From the IMG/VR virus record IMGVR_UViG_3300035703_000121, positions 1-55,516 of that record: 55,516 nt of DNA. The stretch is one strand, 5' to 3'. The notes under the pieces are model-generated. The model made no database searches. It was not told where the DNA came from and saw nothing but the letters and a program-made list of their open reading frames with translations. This document shows positions 18,104 through 26,011 of this stretch, piece by piece. The stretch's first letter is position 1. Every line of letters starts with the position of its first letter. This DNA comes from a virus. Its lineage: Duplodnaviria; Caudoviricetes. The translations under genes were made by a program, and so were the position numbers.

Positions 18104-19291
18104 ATGAAAAAACTATCCAACAACTGCTCCCGAACAGAGGTTTGGGCTTCTCCCGATAATTGGGAAACTACAACAGCAAAATCTGCTCTTAAAAAAAACT
18201 GGTACGTTCAATGTGATTTTTACGATCCATTGCATTCAAAAAAATATCCAAAAGGATTTCCTTACCGGAAAAAATTAAACAAATTCAAGACTCTTGAAGA
18301 GCGCAGAGCTGCTGTAAAATTACTTATGGTTGAAATACCCAAACTATTAGACCAAAAAGGATATAACCCGATAACCGGTAAGTTTATGATTGAAGAAGCG
18401 CCGGAACAGATCATTGCATTAAATCCACAAATGCATTTTATCAAAGCGCTAACCATAAACTATCCTTTACTTTCTGTTTCTGAAGGTGTAAAAAAAGAAA
18501 TTAAGAGAATTGTAAAAAAGATTGATCAGTCGGCAATTGATTTGAATTTGAATATTGCAATTTGTCAATTACATAGTGGGCATATCCGCGACCTATTGGA
18601 CCGGTTAAACCTTACGCCAAACGAATACAACAAATACCTTACGCATTTATCAATAGTTCTTTCCGATTTAGTAGAAAAGCGCATGTTGTTTCACAATCCT
18701 ATTCGCGACATCAAGAAGAAGAAAACCATAAAAAAAATGCGAGAAACTCTCGAAATCTCGCATCTTCAACAGATTTTCAAAGTTTTGAAAAGCGAACATT
18801 ACACCTTTTATCGATACGGAATGATATTCTTCCATTCCGGCGCGAGAACATCAGAGCTTTTTCGGGTTCAAAAAAAGCATGTCAATTTGGAGAAGCAGGA
18901 ATATAAGGTTACAATAATGAAAGGCGATAGTTATAAAGAAGTGAAGAAAGTAATATTGCCTAATGCTTTACCTTTTTGGGAAGAGATTATTTCGGAATGC
19001 TCCAATGAAAATGATTTTTTATTCACTCGAAATTTGCAACCCTCATTAACACCAATACAGCCTTACCAAATTACAAAGCGATGGAAAAGGTTGGTTAAGG
19101 ATAAACTATCGGTAACTGCAGATTTCTATTCTTTGAAACATTTGTTCCTGGATGAATTGGATAAGGTTTCGGTTCTTGCCGGACCAATGGCCAGCCACAC
19201 GACAAATGTTACCGAGAAAAACTATTTGTTTGGCCGAGAAGGACGCAAGAATGAAGCATTAAAAAAGGTGAGAATTAATGTAATTACTTAA
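18104..19291 (+). CDS. int: Tyrosine integrase of element A
   Basis: SGARTSE, KG, YSLKH, ASH, Y; adjacent to attP. Confidence 0.88.
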   Translation: MKKLSNNCSRTEVWASPDNWETTTAKSALKKNWYVQCDFYDPLHSKKYPKGFPYRKKLNKFKTLEERRAAVKLLMVEIPKLLDQKGYNPITGKFMIEEAPEQIIALNPQMHFIKALTINYPLLSVSEGVKKEIKRIVKKIDQSAIDLNLNIAICQLHSGHIRDLLDRLNLTPNEYNKYLTHLSIVLSDLVEKRMLFHNPIRDIKKKKTIKKMRETLEISHLQQIFKVLKSEHYTFYRYGMIFFHSGARTSELFRVQKKHVNLEKQEYKVTIMKGDSYKEVKKVILPNALPFWEEIISECSNENDFLFTRNLQPSLTPIQPYQITKRWKRLVKDKLSVTADFYSLKHLFLDELDKVSVLAGPMASHTTNVTEKNYLFGREGRKNEALKKVRINVIT

Positions 19292-19292
19292 A

Positions 19293-19320
19293 ATAAAAAA
19301 CCGCCCAAAGAGGGCGGCCA
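19293..19320 (-). terminator. Intrinsic terminator of lysis operon A
   Basis: CCGCCC..GGGCGG followed by T tract on minus strand. Confidence 0.65.
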
Positions 19321-19369
19321 AAAGTCCTTTCTATTCGACTGTCGGAAAGGGCATGTTATTGTATGTAAA

Positions 19370-20119
19370 TTATTTACTGATTATTTCATTGGTTAGATAT
19401 CCCAGGGCAGCAGCTCCCAAAATCGGGATAAGCTTTGGCCGTTTTCTTTTGCGTTCTTCTTCAAGCGCATCTTTAGCGTCTTGAGTGTTGGCGTTGGCGT
19501 TATCCAATAATACTTTGTCGTTGGCTATTGTTGTTTCAAGGTTTTTGTTTTTCTCAACCTCTAAATTATAGTTTTTGGTAGCCAATGAAAGTGAATGGTT
19601 TAGTTTGGAAATCTCTTTTTTTTGCAGAGGTACTTCCGCTTGTGCCGCTTCGCCATTTATGATTTTGGTAGCAATGGCAGAAAGTGGTGGTTTTGTCATT
19701 GATAGCGCATTTCCTTGAATGAAAATATCTTTGTCTCCGGCTTTGGCCACATCTTGATAGTACTTCTTCCAATCGTTTAAAGTATTGTCTTTTAACTTAT
19801 CGATTTGCTTTTTAGCATTGGATTTTACCTTGTCGATTTGTTTGTGGAGAGAGGCTATTTCTTTCTTGTTTTTGGCTAATGAATCCTTGTTTTTAGAGAT
19901 AAGATTGTCTTTTTCCTTATTCGCTTGTTTGAGAGCTTTATTATCTTTTATGATTGTTTCCGACTGCTTGTCGCGTATTGCGATTTTTTCATTTAAAACG
20001 TTGATGGTGTCGCTTTTTCCGGAACAATCGAATAGTATCACAATAAGTAATACTACTGAAATCATATAGCCTTTGTAGCGTTTAAAAAAGTTCTGTATTT
20101 TAACAATGTCTAGTTTCAT
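19370..20119 (-). CDS. Spanin-like coiled-coil membrane protein
   Basis: N-terminal hydrophobic segment with Cys, long coiled coil, C-terminal hydrophobic tail; last gene of lysis cassette. Confidence 0.5.
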   Translation of the reverse strand: MKLDIVKIQNFFKRYKGYMISVVLLIVILFDCSGKSDTINVLNEKIAIRDKQSETIIKDNKALKQANKEKDNLISKNKDSLAKNKKEIASLHKQIDKVKSNAKKQIDKLKDNTLNDWKKYYQDVAKAGDKDIFIQGNALSMTKPPLSAIATKIINGEAAQAEVPLQKKEISKLNHSLSLATKNYNLEVEKNKNLETTIANDKVLLDNANANTQDAKDALEEERKRKRPKLIPILGAAALGYLTNEIISK

Positions 20120-20355
20120 GATCTGTATTTTTTTGATTCAATTATTAGTTCGTTCAAACGCTTTTCGTCGTCGGAGTAATCCATTCCGGTCTTTTTCTTG
20201 GTGTGGATTACTATTTTAAAAATCCTAATCTTATCCCGAATATTGGCATACTTTACATTTTTGTTGATGTAGTTTTTGTTGCTTTCGTCAATTCGAATGA
20301 TGGTCAGGTAGTACTTCCTGATTTTTTCATCAACAAAAGCATCCAGGAAGTTCAT
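20116..20355 (-). CDS. Conserved lysis-cassette protein (MNFLDAFVDEK family)
   Basis: Paralog at 52963-53211. Confidence 0.75.
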   Translation of the reverse strand: MNFLDAFVDEKIRKYYLTIIRIDESNKNYINKNVKYANIRDKIRIFKIVIHTKKKTGMDYSDDEKRLNELIIESKKYRS

Positions 20356-20356
20356 T

Positions 20357-20872
20357 TTACAACTTTGGATAAACTATACCGTTTGTATCTTCAATGAAGT
20401 TACCGGCATCGACTAACGCTTTTAATTCTTGCCAACGGTAACTTGTTCCGTTCGGTTTTCTCAATTGAAAATGAGGAGCGTCTTTAAAGGACTTCCAATC
20501 TCCGCCCCATTCCCAGCCTTTGGATTTGAAGTAGTTCACAATCTCCATCCAATCAGCTTTTGAGTCTTTGTCGTAATCTCTAATTTGAGACCAACTTGCT
20601 TCCTCAAAACTTCCATTTCCGTCATTATCGTAAAGCAAAACAATATCGAAAGCCAAGCCGTAATTGTGAATTGATTGCCAAGCGCGAGCATTTGTCACCT
20701 TTGGCCGTTTATTGAATAAAGCATCTTGTTCGCTTGGCGTTCTATGAACGTAAGCAAATCGAAGCCTTGCGCCTTTTCCGAGCAAGTTGTTTGCTTCTTT
20801 GTATTGCTGTAATAGAGTTTCTCTAATACTTGGGTGCGCTTGAGCTATTCTTTGTAAAGTAATTGCGTCCAT
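20357..20872 (-). CDS. Endolysin, M15 family (L-Ala-D-Glu-type) peptidase (probable start MDAITL)
   Basis: SIHNYGLAFD, WGGDW, DAPHFQ. Confidence 0.88.
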   Translation of the reverse strand: MDAITLQRIAQAHPSIRETLLQQYKEANNLLGKGARLRFAYVHRTPSEQDALFNKRPKVTNARAWQSIHNYGLAFDIVLLYDNDGNGSFEEASWSQIRDYDKDSKADWMEIVNYFKSKGWEWGGDWKSFKDAPHFQLRKPNGTSYRWQELKALVDAGNFIEDTNGIVYPKL

Positions 20873-20873
20873 T

Positions 20874-21431
20874 TTAATTTTCGTTTGCTGTTTCGCCTTT
20901 AATTGAGCGCCAAGCACTCCAAAGCTTGTTAGACATAAGTTTTATTCTTTCAAATAAGTTAAACCCGCATTTCGGCAAATTCTCGTGTACAATCGAGAAG
21001 CCTTCATTCAAACAGAATAGTAAAAGAATGAATGTGGGGAGTGTTATTTCGGCATCGGAAATGCTTTCATATCGTAGGTTTTTGATAAAAAACACCTTTT
21101 GAAATTTGTATAGTATCAGCGGAAATCCCATGTACACCATTCCTTTGACAAACATTTTTTTGAACTTGTCGGAACTGAAGCCTTCGCCTTTACCAAAGAA
21201 CCATTTGTCTTTGCGGTCGGTTTTGTTTTTCCACTCGAAATAGGAACCTAAAACGCCGGTTACCAAGTCAGCCAAGAATAGCCAAAAAAGAATCCAGGCA
21301 ACTCCTTTGAAATCAACTACCGGTGAAACAACTACTGCCGGAGCAATTGTAAAAAATACAGCTGTCGGCTTTTTAATGATGAATGAAAAAAGAGTGAATT
21401 TTGGTAGGGCTACCGCTAAAAAGTTTCTCAT
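20874..21431 (-). CDS. Holin-like membrane protein
   Basis: ADLVTG, FSSDKFKK, EGFSIVHENL pattern; directly upstream of endolysin. Confidence 0.7.
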   Translation of the reverse strand: MRNFLAVALPKFTLFSFIIKKPTAVFFTIAPAVVVSPVVDFKGVAWILFWLFLADLVTGVLGSYFEWKNKTDRKDKWFFGKGEGFSSDKFKKMFVKGMVYMGFPLILYKFQKVFFIKNLRYESISDAEITLPTFILLLFCLNEGFSIVHENLPKCGFNLFERIKLMSNKLWSAWRSIKGETANEN

Positions 21432-22348
21432 GGTTTGATTTGTATTGTGGAAATATTTCCGGTTCTAATTTCGATTACTTCTAAAATTCGCTTTTGATTG
21501 TTTTGGTATGGTCGCCATCGACCGGCAAGTGTGCAGTTGTATTGACCAACGCAAGCCGTGGCAATGAATTCGTAAATAGGGCTTTCGAACATTGGGCGGT
21601 GGTCATTGGATAGGTAGTAGGCAGCCAATGTGCTTTCGGGAGTTTCATAACCATGCGCAACCGATTCGCCAAAAAATAATGCACCGGAAGCCTCATAACG
21701 CTCGAAAAAACCTGAATGCGATAAACTATCGCTGTCTTGCAATTGGAGTGCTTTATCCTTAGCTAAGTGATACAAATCCAAGCTGGTTTTGTAAGGAGAA
21801 AGTCCGAGTTCTTTTCGGTGCTCATTGTTTAGCTGAATGATTTTCGATTCCTTAGAACTCATATAGTCTGCCGGGATTTCTCTTTGTGGAAATGGCACGA
21901 ATACTATTTCCTTTTCGCATGATGTTAGGACAAACAACACCAACAACGATAAGCCAATCAAAAGCAATTTTATAGCTGTGGGAACTTCCTTTTTTTGCAT
22001 TCGAAGTTTAATGGCTAATACCATCCAATAGACAGCATAAATCACTATTGAGCCATCGAAAAGAAACTCCGATTTGTACTGTGGAAAAAAAACAGCGGTT
22101 CCGGATCCGGATAAAAATCCTATAAGCGTCCAAAGGATATCCCATTTGTCGAAATTGGAATTTTCAATTTGCGCTTGCATCCATTCGTGGCCACCACCGG
22201 CTAAACCCCCAAATACAAATGAAGCAAAAGCAATTCCAATAAATACACCGGCATTATGTGGATAAGAAGAAAATCCGGTAATGTGGCTGATATAATTCCA
22301 AACAAATAAGCCAAGAATGCCATGGGCAATGTTAAAGATAGTTTTCAT
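21428..22348 (-). CDS. Multi-pass membrane protein fused to CAP/SCP domain
   Basis: Several TM segments; internal LVLFVLTSC; NEHR..LGL, SH, GESVA, S.DHR CAP motifs. Confidence 0.7.
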   Translation of the reverse strand: MKTIFNIAHGILGLFVWNYISHITGFSSYPHNAGVFIGIAFASFVFGGLAGGGHEWMQAQIENSNFDKWDILWTLIGFLSGSGTAVFFPQYKSEFLFDGSIVIYAVYWMVLAIKLRMQKKEVPTAIKLLLIGLSLLVLFVLTSCEKEIVFVPFPQREIPADYMSSKESKIIQLNNEHRKELGLSPYKTSLDLYHLAKDKALQLQDSDSLSHSGFFERYEASGALFFGESVAHGYETPESTLAAYYLSNDHRPMFESPIYEFIATACVGQYNCTLAGRWRPYQNNQKRILEVIEIRTGNISTIQIKP

Positions 22349-22764
22349 AGTTTGTAAAGTCTAATGTGAACAATGTTGTTGTAAGTGCCTTTGAGCATGT
22401 GGCGCCATACGTTTATAAATGTAAATCGGGTGAAGAACCAACGCTGAATGATTAATTCAATCGGGTAGTTAAGCGCAATCATTACTGAGAAAAACTCTCT
22501 GTCGATTTCACTTCCTACATTACCATTAGCATTTCTCCAATCATGAATGAAGCTCGCGAGCTCCCAACGGCTTTTAAATCGGGAACGAACGAAAGTTGGA
22601 CCGTCGTAGCTAAATTTTCCGGCTTTGAAATCTTCCCAAGCAAAAGTGAAAAGCTCACGAATCGGATGATTAAAATCCAATCCGTTCATTTCGGTGTGCA
22701 TCGACTCATAGGCTTGCTTGAGTTCTTCTGCTGTAAAATCGCTATAGAATTTATTCTTTCTCAT
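22345..22764 (-). CDS. DUF1353-like protein
   Basis: YDGPT...ASFIHDW...D.EF; paralog at window end. Confidence 0.6.
   Translation of the reverse strand: MRKNKFYSDFTAEELKQAYESMHTEMNGLDFNHPIRELFTFAWEDFKAGKFSYDGPTFVRSRFKSRWELASFIHDWRNANGNVGSEIDREFFSVMIALNYPIELIIQRWFFTRFTFINVWRHMLKGTYNNIVHIRLYKL
22607..22733 (+). repeat. 127-bp exact direct repeat, copy 1
   Basis: Identical to 55390-55516; first mismatch at 22606/55389. Confidence 0.95.
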
Positions 22765-22765
22765 A

Positions 22766-23509
22766 CTACACCAATTCGGCTAAAATTCCTTGTAAAACTG
22801 TTGTAAAACCACCTGATAAGGTTGGTACTTGCATCGACAAAGCATCACGAACTAATTGTAGAGGATAATTATCGGCGGCATTGGTTAAAGTATCGGCTAA
22901 TTCTGTACCGCCACGCATTACATAACGATCTATTTCTTCTTTAAAATATCCGTATAAAAAAGCGAACTGTTCCGGCTGTTGGCTTTTGAAATACTCAAAA
23001 ATCAATTCGCGCTGCTGCTTTTTGAAAAACTCTTTGTCGTCGTCCGAAAGCTCGTAGAAGATTTCCCAACTGTCAGCTACTTGACCGTTCATTTTGTAAA
23101 GCTTGGTTATACGTCGGAATCCATCGGCATAACCGTCCGGTTGAAACCAGTATTTTTTTTCAGAACTCCAAATGATTTTACCATCTTTTTTGTACTTCTT
23201 TTCTCCCTTCAATCCTTTATCGGCTAAAGTTGAATCGCGCTTGATGCCTTCCAGGTTATCTAATTGGATTAGCTTGTATGGCAATGCTGCCAATTCAGGA
23301 TAAAGCACGTGAAGCGCAAGGCGATTGCCAATTTCTTCTTCGGTAGTGCCATCGTAATACGTGCCGGTTTCCGAGTTGAAATACAAATTTTCGGAGCTGA
23401 TTGTCGGTAGTATATCAGTTGATAGTTCCGGTTGCTCACCTTCGGCAAAATAATTTGAACCGGTTACTTTACCGGATTGGTCGAATAGGATGTATAGTTT
23501 GTCTGCCAT
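22766..23509 (-). CDS. Hypothetical tail-fibre-associated protein
   Basis: Follows the fibre gene. Confidence 0.55.
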   Translation of the reverse strand: MADKLYILFDQSGKVTGSNYFAEGEQPELSTDILPTISSENLYFNSETGTYYDGTTEEEIGNRLALHVLYPELAALPYKLIQLDNLEGIKRDSTLADKGLKGEKKYKKDGKIIWSSEKKYWFQPDGYADGFRRITKLYKMNGQVADSWEIFYELSDDDKEFFKKQQRELIFEYFKSQQPEQFAFLYGYFKEEIDRYVMRGGTELADTLTNAADNYPLQLVRDALSMQVPTLSGGFTTVLQGILAELV

Positions 23510-23511
23510 GG

Positions 23512-24954
23512 TTAAATAATATCTGATGATGATGTATCGGTTGAAGCACCGATTTCGATTAACTCAAAACTTCCGCTATCTACTTGCATTCCTGTAGTAG
23601 CTACTGAAAAAGCAATTGATGGTATAATAGTCCCTGAACTATTGCAATTGAACTCAAATTCAAAACAAATTTTAGCTACCGTAAGCGCACTATTAGAAGC
23701 AATTTGAGTAGCGCTAAATGTTGTAATAGATTGTAATGATGGTGTGCTTAGTGCGGAAGCAATTAAACCGGCTCCCAATCCGCTGACATAAGAAGCCGTA
23801 GCGGTTCCTAAAACACCAAAACTGATATTTTTTGAACTTCCTGACAACGCCGAAAGTACCACCCAACCTTTACATTTATACTTTTTACCTGATACTACTG
23901 CTTTTGAACCATTGCCGGAAGAACCTACATTAAAAATCTTTTGCAATGCAGTAGTATTATCGAGCGTTCTAGGTGTAGATTGCGACATCCAAGTTAAAGT
24001 TGTACCGCCAACTGTAATATCTTGCAGATTAATATTAGCAGTACCAACTACACCAATATTACCGGTTGTATAAGTTTTACCTTTATAAGTTCCGCCAAGG
24101 ACATGGAACAAACAATACTTAGCTGCTGAACCGGTTTTAAAATCATTTGGTCGTGTCCATGCGCCGGAACTGTTTACAACCCAAGGCCCATTTTCTTTTT
24201 GGTCGGTTTGCGCCAAAAGCAAAATAGTGTCGGTAGTAACTAAATTAGAATCAATTGTTATTGAACCCGAAAGTGATGCCACGTTAGTTCCAACTGCAAA
24301 TCTTGCCGGTTGTTTAATTCTTAAAGCATCGGTATAATCTTTAGCTTCTGTCAAAGCCGATGCAATAGCGGCAGCTTGCGCCGTCGATACCGGTTTTGAT
24401 AAATCGGAAGTATTATCAACACTTCCTAATCCTAAAGCATCTTTTGAAAAATCGAGCACTTCAAAAGTCAAAAGCCAACTTTCAGAGAATGCATCGCCGT
24501 TTATTTTTTTTAATACCGCAGTTCCGGCACGCAATGTAATTCCTGAAAATTCGTCAACTGTAATACCATTTACTTGAATGCTTGGATTATTATCTACATC
24601 AGGGATGCAAAATAAATCTACATCGGAAACGTTGTGGATTTTCAAAACGGTATTAACCGGATAAAGTTCGGCCGGTAATAAAACATCATCACCATCCTGG
24701 TTGTACACAAGTTTACCTCGGTCGTTAAGTTCCAAAATGGTTTCGCCATCGCCATCAGATAAACGGATCGTGCGGTCGCCAACTTCCAATACTTCCGGCA
24801 AACTTTGTGAACCAACACTAATACCTGCCAATAAAGCGGCTTTTGTTGTGTAATATGGTGTTGTATCGCCCGGCTTTACTACGTATAATTTAGCGTTATC
24901 AGGAACATCTTCCAAAAACGTCATTACACTTACTTTTACTTCTCCTGATGCCAT
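23512..24954 (-). CDS. Tail fibre / receptor-binding protein
   Basis: LGSVDNTSDLSKPVSTAQ and QTDQKENGPW fibre motifs; G/S/T-rich. Confidence 0.7.
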   Translation of the reverse strand: MASGEVKVSVMTFLEDVPDNAKLYVVKPGDTTPYYTTKAALLAGISVGSQSLPEVLEVGDRTIRLSDGDGETILELNDRGKLVYNQDGDDVLLPAELYPVNTVLKIHNVSDVDLFCIPDVDNNPSIQVNGITVDEFSGITLRAGTAVLKKINGDAFSESWLLTFEVLDFSKDALGLGSVDNTSDLSKPVSTAQAAAIASALTEAKDYTDALRIKQPARFAVGTNVASLSGSITIDSNLVTTDTILLLAQTDQKENGPWVVNSSGAWTRPNDFKTGSAAKYCLFHVLGGTYKGKTYTTGNIGVVGTANINLQDITVGGTTLTWMSQSTPRTLDNTTALQKIFNVGSSGNGSKAVVSGKKYKCKGWVVLSALSGSSKNISFGVLGTATASYVSGLGAGLIASALSTPSLQSITTFSATQIASNSALTVAKICFEFEFNCNSSGTIIPSIAFSVATTGMQVDSGSFELIEIGASTDTSSSDII

Positions 24955-25430
24955 TACAATCGTATTTTTTTGTTATCTTCTGTTACTATTAAAAAACCAT
25001 CCTCGGTAGCTAAATAATTACGCGCTAATCCCGATGGTGCTGCAAATTGGCGCGGTGTAAAAATTATTTCATGTATCATGTTATCCGAAGTAGTATCTAC
25101 TTCATCAAATGTGGCAAATGTGGCCCCAACGTTTAGCGCGGAATCAAATATATCCGAGCCGTTAATACAGGTTATTGTTACCACATTTACATCTCGTGTT
25201 ATGGTAAAATCATCCGATAAATAATCGAGCGTAAAGGCTTCAACATAGTTCACCGCTTGATCTACTGCATTCGCGCCTATGGTACATTGCCCTGGAAACG
25301 CTCTGGATGTTTTAAAAGTAAATCCGCGAGTGAACTCGGTTGTTACAGGAAACAAAGCGTAATACTTAAATTGCAAAGTATCATCTACCTGCGCCGGTTC
25401 TAAAAATGTTATTTTTAAAATCACTCCCAT
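24954..25430 (-). CDS. Minor tail protein
   Basis: Resembles the N-terminus of 26004-28724; C-terminal LATEDGFLIVTED. Confidence 0.6.
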   Translation of the reverse strand: MGVILKITFLEPAQVDDTLQFKYYALFPVTTEFTRGFTFKTSRAFPGQCTIGANAVDQAVNYVEAFTLDYLSDDFTITRDVNVVTITCINGSDIFDSALNVGATFATFDEVDTTSDNMIHEIIFTPRQFAAPSGLARNYLATEDGFLIVTEDNKKIRL

Positions 25431-26011
25431 TACACCGCAATCACATTGTTACTTTCTACATCATCAATTATATAGACTTCAGTAGCCGTTGTAGGCGCAC
25501 TGAAACTTACTTTGCATTCTATAGTGTTGGTTATTTCAAAATAACCACCATCGCCGGTTATTTCTATTCCAATAGATTCTAAAGCAGTTAAATCGGCAGG
25601 ATTGAAAGCTTCAGCAATCCACAAATCAATTTCAACTACTGTATTGGTTTCAAATCCCGGAACTTCAAAACGTGCTTTTAACGGCGTTCCATCAGGAATT
25701 TTAGTTAAGGTTCCGGCAGTACTTACTGCATCGCGTACATAAGACGTATTTAAGTTGAAAGCCTTGGCATTTCGCTTTATTTTCCAAATAAATGCATCGG
25801 CTTCAAATAAATGATTAGCATTATCCAGGGTTTTGTAAAATGCTTCTTTGTTATCCGAATCCAAATCGTTTATATCCAAAACATAGTTGGTCCCGGGAGT
25901 AACATAGTTATCCAATACATCTACCTCATAACTACTGTCAGCCGTTAAGGCTGCAATAATATCGGCACGGTTTACTTGGCCATTTAATACTATTTGAATT
26001 TTATTACTCAT
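25430..26011 (-). CDS. Putative tail protein
   Basis: Position in tail operon. Confidence 0.5.
   Translation of the reverse strand: MSNKIQIVLNGQVNRADIIAALTADSSYEVDVLDNYVTPGTNYVLDINDLDSDNKEAFYKTLDNANHLFEADAFIWKIKRNAKAFNLNTSYVRDAVSTAGTLTKIPDGTPLKARFEVPGFETNTVVEIDLWIAEAFNPADLTALESIGIEITGDGGYFEITNTIECKVSFSAPTTATEVYIIDDVESNNVIAV

Larger units (their letters stand above)
1..22606. mobile_element. Temperate phage element A (partial): early region, immunity, attP(tRNA-Met), integrase, lysis cassette
   Basis: Continuous phage gene content; CI/Cro divergence at 16.2 kb; tRNA 3' fragment with arm repeats next to integrase. Confidence 0.85.
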
